Shown: positions 49,406-59,859, counted from the stretch's first letter. The stretch: 64,000 bases of DNA from an uncultured Collinsella sp. (GCA_900540905.1 UQHR01000002.1:45321-109320), one strand, 5' to 3'. Notes: generated from the sequence alone by a model not told the origin. Numbers and translations: made by a program.

Positions 49406-49663
49406 TTACGCGTTCGCGAGCGGGCGTACGCTGACCCTGTGCTTGATACCCTTGTGGAACTCAACGGTACCGTCGACCAGCGCGAACAGCGTGTCGTCCT
49501 TACCACGGCCAACGTTCTCACCCGGGTGGATGTGCGTGCCGTGCTGACGGACGAGAATCGTGCCCGTGGTTACCGTCTGGCCGGCATAGCGCTTCGTGCC
49601 AAGGCGCTGACCGCGGGAGTCACGGCCATTACGGGAGGAACCGAGTCCTTTTTTGTGTGCCAT
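49406..49663 (-). CDS. rpmA: 50S ribosomal protein L27
   Basis: [29 protein letters not shown]. Confidence 0.93.
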   Translation of the reverse strand: MAHKKGLGSSRNGRDSRGQRLGTKRYAGQTVTTGTILVRQHGTHIHPGENVGRGKDDTLFALVDGTVEFHKGIKHRVSVRPLANA

Positions 49664-49696
49664 TGTGTATACCTACTCTTTCGTTACGAGTGTAAT

Positions 49697-50070
49697 CTAC
49701 TCGGCGACGGGAGCCTCGGCAACAGCCTCGGCCTCTGCCTTGACAGCCTTCTTGGCGCGGGACGTAGCCTGGACCTTCACGATCTTCAGCTTGGTGAGCT
49801 GCTGACGGTGACCCTTCAGACGACGATAGCGCTTACGCTTGTGGAACTTGAAGACCAGCTGCTTCTCGCCCTTGAACTGCTCAACGATCTGAGCGGTAAC
49901 CTTGGCCTTGGCCAGCTTGTCGGGATCGGTGACGATCTTCTTACCATCGTTGAGGAAGATAACCGGCAGGGTGACCTTGTCGCCCTCATTGCCCTCGATC
50001 TTCTCGACGGTGATGACATCGTCGGTGGCGACCTTGTACTGCTTGCCGCCCGTGTTAACGATTGCGTACA
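49697..50070 (-). CDS. rplU: 50S ribosomal protein L21 (with Ala/Glu-rich C-terminal extension)
   Basis: MYAIVNTGGKQYKVATDDVITVEKIEG. Start at the Met at 50070. Confidence 0.92.
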
Positions 50071-50113
50071 TGTTTACTTGCCCTTCATGCATCAGTTAGT
50101 GCAACAGCCGAAT

Positions 50114-50142
50114 ATAGTAGCAGGCGAAAATACCCCCGTCAA
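50114..50142 (-). promoter_or_regulatory. Sigma-70-type promoter for rplU-rpmA-obg
   Basis: Minus-strand TTGACG (50137-50142), 17-bp spacer, TACTAT (50114-50119). It overlaps the last codons of the upstream DUF2344 gene. Confidence 0.65.
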
Positions 50143-50951
50143 CGAGTATGTGGAGCAAATCCACAAGTTCGCACAGGTATGGGGCTGACGAGTCGGCCCT
50201 CGTCGTCCTCGCATGCTTGATTCTGACGCTCGACATCGTAGGAGCAGATGGTCACGAGGTCTTGCATACCGGTGGAAACAATAGGTGCATCCACGCCCGG
50301 GGTCAAGCCCTGCAACAAAACATCAGCAGCAGAAAGCAAAATTTCCGGACGCATAGAGCCCTCGTTGTCGGCATGGGTGTCGAGCATGAGAACCAAATGG
50401 TCCGGGCGCTCCCCCGCCGTGAGCTCATAGCCAACGAGCGTGTGATCCAAATCCAAGCGCTTGCTCTTTTTGCCGCGCGCGTAGTCGATGCCATGATCCG
50501 CGCGCAGCGTGTCGATCGCACGACGCACCTCGTCGGCGCTTACGGGCGCCTCGGGATCCAGGTGTAAGTCGATGCGATACGACAGGCGCGTGAGCTGCGC
50601 CGTCAATGCCGGCGTGCGCACGTCGATGTACGCCGCCTCGATGGGCGCCAGATCGGCCGGAGACGCCGCAGCTAGGCGCTCAAACGCCTCGTCGAGCGCC
50701 ACGAACTCGGTCATAAACAGGTCATACCACTCGCAGGTCGACGACGTACCAACCGGTAGCGCCGAAGAGAAGCCCACGCGCATGTGCGGAGAGAAGCCCT
50801 GCGTGACGGCATAGGGAAGTCCCGCACGGCGCACGATGCGCTCAATGGTATGGATCACTTCGAGATGGCCCAGGTACTTAAGGCGATCGCGCTTGCCATA
50901 GCGAACACGAAGTCTAAAGAGCGTGGGGTTGTCGGTCAGGCGCTCACTCAT
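50139..50951 (-). CDS. Radical SAM-linked protein (TIGR03936 / DUF2344 family), function unknown
   Basis: N-terminus LFRLRVRYGKRDRLKYLGHLEVIHTIERIVRRAGLPYAVTQGFSPHMRVGFSSALPVGTSS matches the DUF2344 signature as I recall it. It overlaps the upstream radical SAM gene by 4 bp. Confidence 0.7.
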   Translation of the reverse strand: MSERLTDNPTLFRLRVRYGKRDRLKYLGHLEVIHTIERIVRRAGLPYAVTQGFSPHMRVGFSSALPVGTSSTCEWYDLFMTEFVALDEAFERLAAASPADLAPIEAAYIDVRTPALTAQLTRLSYRIDLHLDPEAPVSADEVRRAIDTLRADHGIDYARGKKSKRLDLDHTLVGYELTAGERPDHLVLMLDTHADNEGSMRPEILLSAADVLLQGLTPGVDAPIVSTGMQDLVTICSYDVERQNQACEDDEGRLVSPIPVRTCGFAPHTR

Positions 50952-52825
50952 GCGCGATCACCCATCAATACATTCTTGGCGTGGAGCGTGGGGCAGATCC
51001 CGCAGCCGGTGCACGACGTACGGGTGCAGTCGGGAGTCGTGACGCCCTCGAGCGAGCGACGGTACTCGCGCTCGAGGAAACCGCGCGTGCAGCCGGGGCT
51101 CACATGCTCCCACGGCAGGCGCCAGTCCAACTCGTAGGGCAGGTGCACGAGCTCATTGAGGTCGATGCCGTTTTTGGCAGCAGCCTCCTTCCAGTTATCG
51201 AGCGAGAAATGCTCTACCCAGGCGTCAAAGCGAGAGCCCGAGCGCCAAGCATCGATGATGACGGGCGTCATGTCGCGACCGGCGCGGGACAGCGCGGCCT
51301 CGATGAGCGAAGTCTCGGCATCGTGGTAATGCACGCGGACGGCACGGTTGCGAACGCTCGTGATAAGCAGCTTCTGGCGACGCTTGACGTCGTCGTAGTC
51401 GAGCTGCGGGCACCACTGGAACGGCGTGGCGGCCTTGGGGATAAAGACCGAAACCGAGATGGACACCGAGATCGAGCCGCGACGAGCCTTGGGCACCACG
51501 GAACGACCGAGCTCCAGCACGTGATCGGCCAGATTGGCGATGGCCACGATGTCCTCGTCGCGCTCGCCGGGAAGGCCCATCATAAAGTAGAGCTTCATGC
51601 GGTTCCAGCCGGCCTCGAAGGCCGCCTTGGCCGCACGGTCCAGGTCCTCCTCGGTCACGTTCTTGTTAATGATGTCGCGCATGCGCTGGCTGCCGGCCTC
51701 GGGCGCGAACGTCAGTCCGCCCTTCTTTTCGCCGGCGACCGACTCGGCCATATCCACGCCAAACGAATCCAGGCGCTGCGACGGAATAGACACGCGAATA
51801 CCCGTATCCTCCAGGCGACGGTTGAGCCTGCCGAGCACGTCGCGAATGCAGGAGTGGTCGGTCGTGGAGAGCGAGGTCAGCGACACCTCGTCATAGCCAG
51901 TCTTTTCCAGACCCTGAATCACCGACGAGACAATCTGGTCGGCCGAGCGCTCGCGCACCGGGCGATACGTCATGCCAGCCTGGCAAAAACGACAGCCGCG
52001 GGCGCAGCCGCGCAGGATCTCGATAGACAGGCGGTCGTGGACCAGCTGCGCATAGGGCACGCACGACTGCGACAGCGGATTCGTGGCGCCGAAATCCTCG
52101 ACGACGCGCTTGTAGACCACGGTCGGCGCATCCTTGCCCTCACGCGGCACGGTGTAGCCATGCGGCGAGCAGGGCTCGTCGTGACGAACCTCATAGAGCG
52201 ACGGCACGTAGTTGCCACCAATGGATGCAAGCTGCTCAACAATCTGCGCGCGCGGGACTCCTTCGTCACGCAGGCGGCGATGCAGCTGACAGGTCTCGAG
52301 CAGCGATTCCTCGCCCTCACCGATGAGGAGGACATCGAAGAAGGCCGCGTACGGCTCGGGGTTGTACACCGAGGGGCCGCCGGCGATGATGATGGGGTCG
52401 TCTTCGCCTCGGTCGGCCGCTAACAGCGGAATGCCAGCGAGGTCGAGTGCCTCGAGGAAGTTCGTCACCGCCATCTCGTGCGGCACATGCAGACCGACGA
52501 TATCAAACGAAGCGACCGGCGCTGCACCCTCGAGCGACAGCAGCGGAATACCCGCCTCGCGCATGGCGTCGCCCATATCGGGCCACGGCACATAGCCACG
52601 CTCGCAAGAGATGCCCTCGGCCTGGTTAAGAATGTTGTAGAGGATGGCGATGCCCTGGTTGGGCAGACCAACCTCGTACACATCCGGGTAGATCAGGCAG
52701 CAACGGTAGTCGGCATCGGCCTTAGAAAGCGTGCCCCACTCGTGATCGATATAGCGGCTCGGCTTCTCGACCTTGGCGAGCAACGGCTCAATTAAATGAA
52801 AACAGTCTTGGTATGCAACGCGCAA
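50948..52825 (-). CDS. B12-binding-domain radical SAM protein (TIGR03960-like), function unknown
   Basis: 625 aa with the CxxxCxxC radical SAM motif CARGCRFC. An N-terminal Rossmann/B12-like domain precedes the rSAM TIM barrel. Confidence 0.75.
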   Translation of the reverse strand: MRVAYQDCFHLIEPLLAKVEKPSRYIDHEWGTLSKADADYRCCLIYPDVYEVGLPNQGIAILYNILNQAEGISCERGYVPWPDMGDAMREAGIPLLSLEGAAPVASFDIVGLHVPHEMAVTNFLEALDLAGIPLLAADRGEDDPIIIAGGPSVYNPEPYAAFFDVLLIGEGEESLLETCQLHRRLRDEGVPRAQIVEQLASIGGNYVPSLYEVRHDEPCSPHGYTVPREGKDAPTVVYKRVVEDFGATNPLSQSCVPYAQLVHDRLSIEILRGCARGCRFCQAGMTYRPVRERSADQIVSSVIQGLEKTGYDEVSLTSLSTTDHSCIRDVLGRLNRRLEDTGIRVSIPSQRLDSFGVDMAESVAGEKKGGLTFAPEAGSQRMRDIINKNVTEEDLDRAAKAAFEAGWNRMKLYFMMGLPGERDEDIVAIANLADHVLELGRSVVPKARRGSISVSISVSVFIPKAATPFQWCPQLDYDDVKRRQKLLITSVRNRAVRVHYHDAETSLIEAALSRAGRDMTPVIIDAWRSGSRFDAWVEHFSLDNWKEAAAKNGIDLNELVHLPYELDWRLPWEHVSPGCTRGFLEREYRRSLEGVTTPDCTRTSCTGCGICPTLHAKNVLMGDRA

Positions 52826-52835
52826 CGGAAAACCC

Positions 52836-53765
52836 CTAAGCAGCGAGATCTGATGCGTCCTGATAGGACGCCATAGGACGGGTAGCGCCCGCGACCGTGG
52901 TCACCAGATCGCGAACGCGGGAGAACGTGGCAGTGACCACCTCGTTGGCACGGCTGTAGTCGACATCGCGCTCGTAGAGCGAAACAAGCGCACGGCCCAT
53001 GCCGTAGGTGCCCGCGGCAGCAGTGAGCGCCTTGACGGCAAACCCAATATGCGGCGTCTGTTTGACGAGCGCGCGGGTGACCGCGCGGATCACAAGACCG
53101 CCGGCAAGCACGCCCGCGACCTCGTAGCCGCGCTCAGGCTTAATGCCGCGTCCAAAGACGGCAGCGAGCTCAAAGAGCATGCCCACCTGCGCCAGCGCCA
53201 TAACGGGATAATCGGCGCCCGGCAAAAACACCAGTGCACCGGTCGCCATATTGGTGAGCGCGCACGAGGTGATGATACGATTGGCCGCCGCGATGCGCAT
53301 GAAGGCAAAGTTCGCCGCAAAAGCCGTTTCCTTGTCGGTGCGGTCGAGAATCCAGCGGGCAAGCGTCTCGAGCAGATACGTCTTATCGGTTGCCGCTACC
53401 ACGCCGAGCATGGGCGTAGACTCCTCGATAAACGGCACCTCCACAGCAGACTCGGCAAGCACGCACACGGGTGCGCCGGCGATCACGAGCTCCTGCACGG
53501 CAATCTCCAAGCGATCGGAACCACACGAGAGCACCAGCACCACATCGGTATCGGTCTTTGGAGCAATTCGCTCCTCCCCCAGACGCTCGACGCGCACAAT
53601 GCCCGAGGTCGTCTGCGGCACAAAGGCGTCACGCACCGTCTCGGCCAGAAAGCGCGAGGCGGACGAATCCAGATAGACCGAAACGCGCACCGGCGTATCG
53701 GAATCCTTCTTAACGGACGCGCCCATCTTAAAAGCGCGGGTCAGCTTATCTACGGGAATTTTCAT
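52836..53765 (-). CDS. Hypothetical protein (possible degenerate GTPase-like N-domain plus DUF697-like C-domain)
   Basis: 309 aa with no recognisable catalytic motif. The C-half is Ala/Gly-rich and amphipathic (ALVFLPGADYPVMALAQVGMLFELAAVFGRGIKPERGYEVAGVLAGGLVIRAV), reminiscent of YcjF/DUF697. The domain assignment is tentative. Confidence 0.45.
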   Translation of the reverse strand: MKIPVDKLTRAFKMGASVKKDSDTPVRVSVYLDSSASRFLAETVRDAFVPQTTSGIVRVERLGEERIAPKTDTDVVLVLSCGSDRLEIAVQELVIAGAPVCVLAESAVEVPFIEESTPMLGVVAATDKTYLLETLARWILDRTDKETAFAANFAFMRIAAANRIITSCALTNMATGALVFLPGADYPVMALAQVGMLFELAAVFGRGIKPERGYEVAGVLAGGLVIRAVTRALVKQTPHIGFAVKALTAAAGTYGMGRALVSLYERDVDYSRANEVVTATFSRVRDLVTTVAGATRPMASYQDASDLAA

Positions 53766-53783
53766 AGCAAACCCCTCCAGCGG

Positions 53784-55010
53784 TTACGCGGCGCCCGAAC
53801 GATGCCGCCATATGGATTGTACGATACCCACCGTCAGCAGCTGAATCATCATCGAAGACGAGCCAAAGCTAATAAACGGTAGCGGAATACCGGTAATCGG
53901 CATCATGCCGATGCACATGCCGATGTTTTCGAAGGTCTGGAACGCCCACATGCCAACGATGCCCACACACGAAAGACGTAAAAACAGCGACTCACACTTA
54001 AAGGCGACGCGAATCGTCGAAAAGATCAGCAGCACGTAGAGGCACAGGAGCAAAAAGGAACCACAAAAGCCAAAGGTCTCGGACAGAAAGGCGAAGACGA
54101 AGTCGGTGTGGAACTCAGGCAGAAAGCCGCCGGCTGACTGCGTCGCATGGCCCAAACCCTTACCAAAGAAGCCGCCCGAGCCAACGGCGATAAGCGACTG
54201 CTGCAGGTTGTAGGCATCGTCCGAATCGGCATTATCGGGGTCGATAAAGACCGTCAGACGGTTCATCTGATACTGCTTGATGAGCACATCGTGGCCGAGC
54301 AGCGAATCAAAGACCGAATCGAGCGCCAGGACGAGGGCCACCAGGCCCACGAGCAGGGCCAGGGTCGACAGCACCCATTCGCGGCGTGCACCGCTCATGC
54401 AAATGACGATGGCGCCCGAAACCAGCACGACCAGGCCCGAGCCCAGGTCGCCCATGGCGACGACGGCCAAAAACGGAATGGACAGCATGCCGCAGAGCTT
54501 GACGTAGTCGCGAACGGTATCGATGCGACCGTTATACTGCGAGCCAAGCGTAGCAATAAAGAAGATGGTGATGAGCTTGGCAAGCTCAACCGGCTGGAAT
54601 GTCAAGCCGATACCGGGAATCTTGATCCAGCCCGTCATGCCCAGACCGCCCGTATAGGACAGACCCGGAATCTTGGGCGAGAAGATCACGATCAGGTCGA
54701 TGACGAGCAACGCCGTCGAGAAATTGGAAATACCGCGCAGGTCGGTACGCCAGACCAGCACCGCCAGCACCGTGCCGATGCCAATTCCCAGCAGATGGCG
54801 TGAGAACGAAGCATCGGCCTTAAACTGCGAAGCCGACCAGATAATGATGGCACCGTAGGCGACGAGCGCCACAGTAGCCACGAGCACACCGATATGCACC
54901 TTTTGGCGAAACGTGCCGCGCGAGGCCGAAAGTTGCTTGTTGACACGGTCCAGGCTGCTGCGAGAGCCGGTCTTGGTTGAACGGAACAGATCCGCCGGAG
55001 AAAAATCCAT
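53784..55010 (-). CDS. rodA: SEDS-family peptidoglycan glycosyltransferase RodA (FtsW/RodA family)
   Basis: 10-TM SEDS protein. It sits downstream of mreBCD-pbp2, so it is assigned as RodA rather than FtsW. Confidence 0.8.
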   Translation of the reverse strand: MDFSPADLFRSTKTGSRSSLDRVNKQLSASRGTFRQKVHIGVLVATVALVAYGAIIIWSASQFKADASFSRHLLGIGIGTVLAVLVWRTDLRGISNFSTALLVIDLIVIFSPKIPGLSYTGGLGMTGWIKIPGIGLTFQPVELAKLITIFFIATLGSQYNGRIDTVRDYVKLCGMLSIPFLAVVAMGDLGSGLVVLVSGAIVICMSGARREWVLSTLALLVGLVALVLALDSVFDSLLGHDVLIKQYQMNRLTVFIDPDNADSDDAYNLQQSLIAVGSGGFFGKGLGHATQSAGGFLPEFHTDFVFAFLSETFGFCGSFLLLCLYVLLIFSTIRVAFKCESLFLRLSCVGIVGMWAFQTFENIGMCIGMMPITGIPLPFISFGSSSMMIQLLTVGIVQSIWRHRSGAA

Positions 55011-55019
55011 CGCAACCTC

Positions 55020-57089
55020 CTATCGAACCGAAGAATCGCCCGAGGCCGAAGAGGTATCGGGCTCGTCATAAATCACGCCGAGCACGTCGCGCACGACATG
55101 CATCGCGGTATCTGAGCCACCGCCGCCCTGCTCCAGGACGGTAGCGATGACATACTTGGGATCATCGGCCGGTGCATAGGCGCAGAACCACGCGTATTCG
55201 TCCTCGCCACTTTTCTCGCCCGTGCCCGACTTGCCGTATACCTGCGGCGTCAGGGTGCCAAAGTGCGCCGCCAGGGACGTCGATGCCGTGTAAATCACGT
55301 CGTGCATGCCGTTGCGAACAAGAGCCAAATCCGAATCGCTGTTGATCTTGGCCTCCAGGCGCTTCTTCTTGCCCTTGCCATTGTACTTATAGGCATCGCC
55401 GTCGCCATCGCGCGACACGGCAGACAAAAATACGTGAGGCACGTACTGTTTGCCGCCGTTGGCAAGACCCATATAGGCGCACGCCATCTGCAGGGGCGTC
55501 ACCAGGATGTCGCCCTGGCCGATAGCAATGTTGGTCATATCGCCGGCATTCCACTTACGGTCCTCGGCAGAAGCGTCAGTGAAGTATGACTCTTTCCACT
55601 CGGCATCGGGAATACGACCCGCGCCCTCACTCGGCAGATCGATACCGCAGGTCTTGCCTAGGCCCCAGCGACGAAAGACCTCCTGCAGGCCCTCGGGATG
55701 TTGCTCGTCATAAAAGAACGCCTTACCCATGTCGTAGAAGACGGGGTCGCACGAGTTGGCGATACCCGACTGCAGCGTCATGGTGCCGTGGCCAGACGTC
55801 AGCCAGCAGCGCTTGCCCCAAGCCTTGCCCAGACCCGTCCAATAACCCGTGCAGTTGGTTGTCTGCGTTGAAGTGTAGGTTCCAAACTCAAGACCGGCCA
55901 GTGCCGAGAGCGGCTTGATGGTCGAGGCCGACATGTACTGTCCGCTAATGGCGCGGTTGAGCAGCGGGTGCGAACCCTTGTCATCATTGAGCTCGGTCCA
56001 CACGTCATTTGAGACGCCGCCGATAAAGACGGACGGATCGAACTTGGGCTGGCTCGCCATGCCCAGGATCTCGCCATTGTTGGGATCGAGACACACCACA
56101 GCGCCGTTGCCGGCATTGCTGTAGCCAGTGGTCTTGGCAAGCTCGATAGCGCTCGCCAGCGCCGTCTCACAGGCCTGTTGGATCTTAAGGTCGAGCGTGA
56201 GCTTAATGTCGGAGCCGGCCTTCGCGGGCACGGCGCCGGCCTGACCGGTCACATTGCCCGAGGCATCGACCTTGACGGTCTGCTCGCCACGAATACCCTG
56301 CAGCAGGTTTTCGTAGTAGCTCTCAACGCCCGCCTGGCCCACGATATCGCCCGACTGGTACGTAATCTTGCCAGCAGAAGCATCATCATCGCCAGAGGTT
56401 TTCTTATTCTGGGCCTCGAGCTGCTCGGAGGTAATGGTGCCGGTATAGCCCAAGATATGGCATGCCGTCTCGCCGTATGGATACTGGCGCTCGGTACGCT
56501 CGGCAATCTTGACGCCCGGGAACTCGCCGGCGTGTTCCTTGATATAGGCAACCGTGGAGCGACGGACGTCCGTCGCGATGGTATGCAGGCTCTGAGCGCC
56601 CTCTGTATTGTCCTGAATATTGCGAAGGACCGCCACATAAGGCATTCCAAGCACGTTGGCAAGATGGCGAACCAGAACCTCATCCTCGGCAAGGTCGCGG
56701 TAGGCCACGACAGCAAGTGAGGGACGGTTCTGGACAAGCGCCACGCCATTGCGGTCGAGGATGCGGCCGCGCACAGCGGGTGTGGTAACGGTGCGAGTCT
56801 GATTACTATTGGCCTGCTTCTCGTAATAGTCCGACGAGACCATCTGCATGCCCCACAGCTTGACGGCAAGTGCCGCAAACATCGCGCCCACACCCGTGGT
56901 GAGGATGGAAAAGCGGCCCTTAAAGGCGGTCGCCGCGGTATTGCCCTCGCCCTCGGTGGCGCGCGGGGCCGTTCCATGCTGTGTATCGTAGGTAAAACGG
57001 GAATCGCCTCGACGCATGATGACCAGCGCGACCACGATGGCCACAACCAGCACGATACCGGCGATAATAACCGTCATCTGGGAAGACAT
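55020..57089 (-). CDS. mrdA: Penicillin-binding protein 2 (peptidoglycan D,D-transpeptidase MrdA)
   Basis: N-terminal TM anchor, dimerisation domain, and a transpeptidase domain with SxxK (STIKPLSALAG) and later conserved motifs. 689 aa. Confidence 0.85.
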   Translation of the reverse strand: MSSQMTVIIAGIVLVVAIVVALVIMRRGDSRFTYDTQHGTAPRATEGEGNTAATAFKGRFSILTTGVGAMFAALAVKLWGMQMVSSDYYEKQANSNQTRTVTTPAVRGRILDRNGVALVQNRPSLAVVAYRDLAEDEVLVRHLANVLGMPYVAVLRNIQDNTEGAQSLHTIATDVRRSTVAYIKEHAGEFPGVKIAERTERQYPYGETACHILGYTGTITSEQLEAQNKKTSGDDDASAGKITYQSGDIVGQAGVESYYENLLQGIRGEQTVKVDASGNVTGQAGAVPAKAGSDIKLTLDLKIQQACETALASAIELAKTTGYSNAGNGAVVCLDPNNGEILGMASQPKFDPSVFIGGVSNDVWTELNDDKGSHPLLNRAISGQYMSASTIKPLSALAGLEFGTYTSTQTTNCTGYWTGLGKAWGKRCWLTSGHGTMTLQSGIANSCDPVFYDMGKAFFYDEQHPEGLQEVFRRWGLGKTCGIDLPSEGAGRIPDAEWKESYFTDASAEDRKWNAGDMTNIAIGQGDILVTPLQMACAYMGLANGGKQYVPHVFLSAVSRDGDGDAYKYNGKGKKKRLEAKINSDSDLALVRNGMHDVIYTASTSLAAHFGTLTPQVYGKSGTGEKSGEDEYAWFCAYAPADDPKYVIATVLEQGGGGSDTAMHVVRDVLGVIYDEPDTSSASGDSSVR

Positions 57090-57102
57090 CTACGGGCCTT
57101 CC

Positions 57103-57675
57103 CTATTTGAGCTTGCGGGTCTTGGGCTTAAAGCGCATACCCGTCTGGCGTCCGCCACGTGCGGAGAATCCATAGCCGGACTGCGGCACGACGCCGGACA
57201 TCAAAAACGGAATGGCAACCAGACCCGTCAGGATCGAGGACGGCAGCGCATGGCCGAAGATCGCCACGACAAAGCTCGTCTCCAAACCCATAAACAGCAA
57301 GATGATGCTGTAGATCACATTAATGACGAGCGCAAAGGCGCCCACGGTGACGCCGCGCGCACTCGGGGTACCGCCCGTCTGACCGACGGCGCTGTGCACC
57401 AGGGCAAAAGAACCCACGGTCAGCAGGAGCGACATAACGCCCACCGGCACGGCAGCGGACAGGTCATAAAACAAGCCGCTGCAAAAACCGCACACGACGG
57501 CACGGGTCGGGTCGCCCGAGAACACGCTTAGGCACACCAGGATAATCATGAAGTTGACGCGACCTCCCGCAATGGAGATCTGCGGTGCCAGGCCTGCCTG
57601 CAGCAGCACACACACAATGGCGGCGATTACAAACGTGCGGGAGCTCATCCCCTGCTCGTGTAGATCCATGGACAT
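57103..57675 (-). CDS. mreD: Rod shape-determining protein MreD
   Basis: 190-aa polytopic membrane protein immediately downstream of mreC. Confidence 0.7.
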   Translation of the reverse strand: MSMDLHEQGMSSRTFVIAAIVCVLLQAGLAPQISIAGGRVNFMIILVCLSVFSGDPTRAVVCGFCSGLFYDLSAAVPVGVMSLLLTVGSFALVHSAVGQTGGTPSARGVTVGAFALVINVIYSIILLFMGLETSFVVAIFGHALPSSILTGLVAIPFLMSGVVPQSGYGFSARGGRQTGMRFKPKTRKLK

Positions 57676-57680
57676 GCCCC

Positions 57681-58679
57681 CTATTCGCTCGAGCCAGAAT
57701 CGGTCGTCTCGGACGTGTCGGAACTGTCATCCGAGCTCTCGTCCTTCGTCTTGGTCGCAGCATCGCGCGACGTTCCCTGCGGCGTGCTGTTGGCCGTGCT
57801 CACGTCCTCATCCGAGGCCGACTGTTCGTCGGTCAGCGAGGTGATGACCAGCACTTCCTCGTTGTTCTCGGCCGTGGTCTGAGCGCGCACCACAATGGTG
57901 TAGTACACGTCGTTTGCCGATTTCTCAACCGACGAGACGGTGCCGAGCGGTAGACCCTTGGGGAACACGCCACCGATGCCCGAGGTCACGATGATATCGC
58001 CAACCTTAACGTCGGAGTCAACGCTCACGTACTCAAGACGCAGCGTGCCGTCAGCCTGACCCTGCAGCATGCCTTGGGCGCGCGTGTCCTGCACCATAGC
58101 GGACACGCCGGAGTTCTCGTCGCCAATCAGGCGCACGGTAGAGGTCTTGGCCGATACCTCGATAATCTGGCCGATAACACCGGCAGAGCTCGTCACGGGC
58201 ATGTTGATGGTAAGGCCGTCGGCAGAGCCCTTGTCGATGGTAACGGTCGAGGTCCAGGCATCGCCGGAAGCACCAACGATACGAGCTGCGGTCGATTTGA
58301 GGTTATAGGTCGACTGCAGGCCGACCAGCCCCTCCAGACGCTCGGCGGTCTTTTGAGCCTCGGAGAGCTCAGCAACTTTAGAGGTCAGTTCCTCGTTTTG
58401 CTTCTTGAGCTCGTCGAGCGTGTCCTGCGACGCCGTAAGGTTAGAGAACACGTTGCCGATCGCATTGAAAGGAGCCGCCACAGCCGAGCCCACAAAGCGC
58501 ACCGGAGAGGTAATCGTCGTTACGCCCGAACGCACGGCATGAATCGGCCCTGCCTCGCCCTCGCGGATGTAAAACGTGAGCAGCAACACCGAAATCAGGC
58601 TGAAAACAATCAACGGGCGCATACCCGTTGATTGTCGCTTGGTATTCAGATTTGTGGAGAAACCCGAAGATCGTGCCAA
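57681..58679 (-). CDS. mreC: Rod shape-determining protein MreC (with Ser/Asp/Glu-rich C-terminal tail)
   Basis: N-terminal TM segment, coiled coil (LDELKKQNEELTSKVAELSEAQK) and beta-rich MreC domains. Low-complexity acidic C-terminus. Confidence 0.82.
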   Translation of the reverse strand: MARSSGFSTNLNTKRQSTGMRPLIVFSLISVLLLTFYIREGEAGPIHAVRSGVTTITSPVRFVGSAVAAPFNAIGNVFSNLTASQDTLDELKKQNEELTSKVAELSEAQKTAERLEGLVGLQSTYNLKSTAARIVGASGDAWTSTVTIDKGSADGLTINMPVTSSAGVIGQIIEVSAKTSTVRLIGDENSGVSAMVQDTRAQGMLQGQADGTLRLEYVSVDSDVKVGDIIVTSGIGGVFPKGLPLGTVSSVEKSANDVYYTIVVRAQTTAENNEEVLVITSLTDEQSASDEDVSTANSTPQGTSRDAATKTKDESSDDSSDTSETTDSGSSE

Positions 58680-58700
58680 ATGGAATCCACCTTTTGGAAA

Positions 58701-59744
58701 TTAAGCATTGGTCTGGACGAAGCCGCCATCAAACGCATTGGCCTCGAGCACGCGGGCACAGCCGTTAACGACGTTATCGAGCGCCGTGGGGCTGACGTTG
58801 ACCGAAACGCCGGTCTCATCGCGCAGGCGCACGTCGAGACCGCGCAGCAGCGCGCCGCCACCAGTCAGCAAAATGCCGTAGTACATAAGGTCCGAGGCAA
58901 GATCGGGAGGCGTAGCGTCGAGTGCGTCCTTGACGGCCTTGGCCATCTCGTCGAGCGGCTTGTTGAGCGCGCGACGAATCTCCTCGCTCTCGATGCGCAC
59001 GGTCTTGGGCAGACCGGTGATCACGTCGCGGCCGTTGACCTCGACGTCGAGCTCGTCCTTGAGCGGCACGGCGGAACCGACCTTGATCTTGATGTCCTCT
59101 GCCGTACGCTCGCCGATGGCAAGGTTGTAGGCATCGCGAACGTGCGTGAGGATGGCCTGATCGAACTCGTCGCCGGCAATACGGATGGACTGCGAGACGA
59201 CGATGCCGCCCATAGCGATAACGGCAACCTCGGTGGTACCGCCACCGATGTCGATGACCATGGAGCCGGTGGGCTCCTCGACAGGCAGGTCGGCGCCGAT
59301 AGCAGCAGCCATGGGCTCCTCGATCAGGTAGGCCTGGCGAGCGCCGGCCTGGATCGTAGCCTCAAAGACGGCACGCTTCTCGACCGACGTGACGCCGGAG
59401 GGAACGCAAACGACAACGCGCGGACGCGGGGTCCACGGATAGCGCTTCTCGGAAGCCTTGTCGATAAAGTAGCGAAGCATGGCCTCGGTAACATCGAAGT
59501 CGGCGATGACGCCGTCCTTCAGGGGACGAACGGCCACGATGTTGCCGGGCGTACGGCCGAGCATGCGCTTTGCCTCGATACCGACCGCCAGGATGCGCTC
59601 GTCGTTCTTGTCGATGGCGACGACGGAAGGCTCGCGGATGACGATGCCCTTGCCGCGCACGGAGACAAGCGTATTTGCGGTGCCGAGGTCGATGGCAAGA
59701 TCGCCCGCATAGCTACCGAAGAACATATCCATCAAAGAAAACAA
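58701..59744 (-). CDS. mreB: Rod shape-determining actin homolog MreB
   Basis: DLAIDLGTANTLV... and DIGGGTTEVAV (actin-fold phosphate motifs). 347 aa. Confidence 0.93.
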   Translation of the reverse strand: MFSLMDMFFGSYAGDLAIDLGTANTLVSVRGKGIVIREPSVVAIDKNDERILAVGIEAKRMLGRTPGNIVAVRPLKDGVIADFDVTEAMLRYFIDKASEKRYPWTPRPRVVVCVPSGVTSVEKRAVFEATIQAGARQAYLIEEPMAAAIGADLPVEEPTGSMVIDIGGGTTEVAVIAMGGIVVSQSIRIAGDEFDQAILTHVRDAYNLAIGERTAEDIKIKVGSAVPLKDELDVEVNGRDVITGLPKTVRIESEEIRRALNKPLDEMAKAVKDALDATPPDLASDLMYYGILLTGGGALLRGLDVRLRDETGVSVNVSPTALDNVVNGCARVLEANAFDGGFVQTNA

Positions 59745-59859
59745 CGCAACTCCTGATGTGTTGGATGATTGCTGGAAAACTACTAGCTCATCATACTAGC
59801 GCAAGCCCGGCACCTCACTTGCGGTGAAGCACCGGGCAAAGCTAAATCCCATAAGGTCA

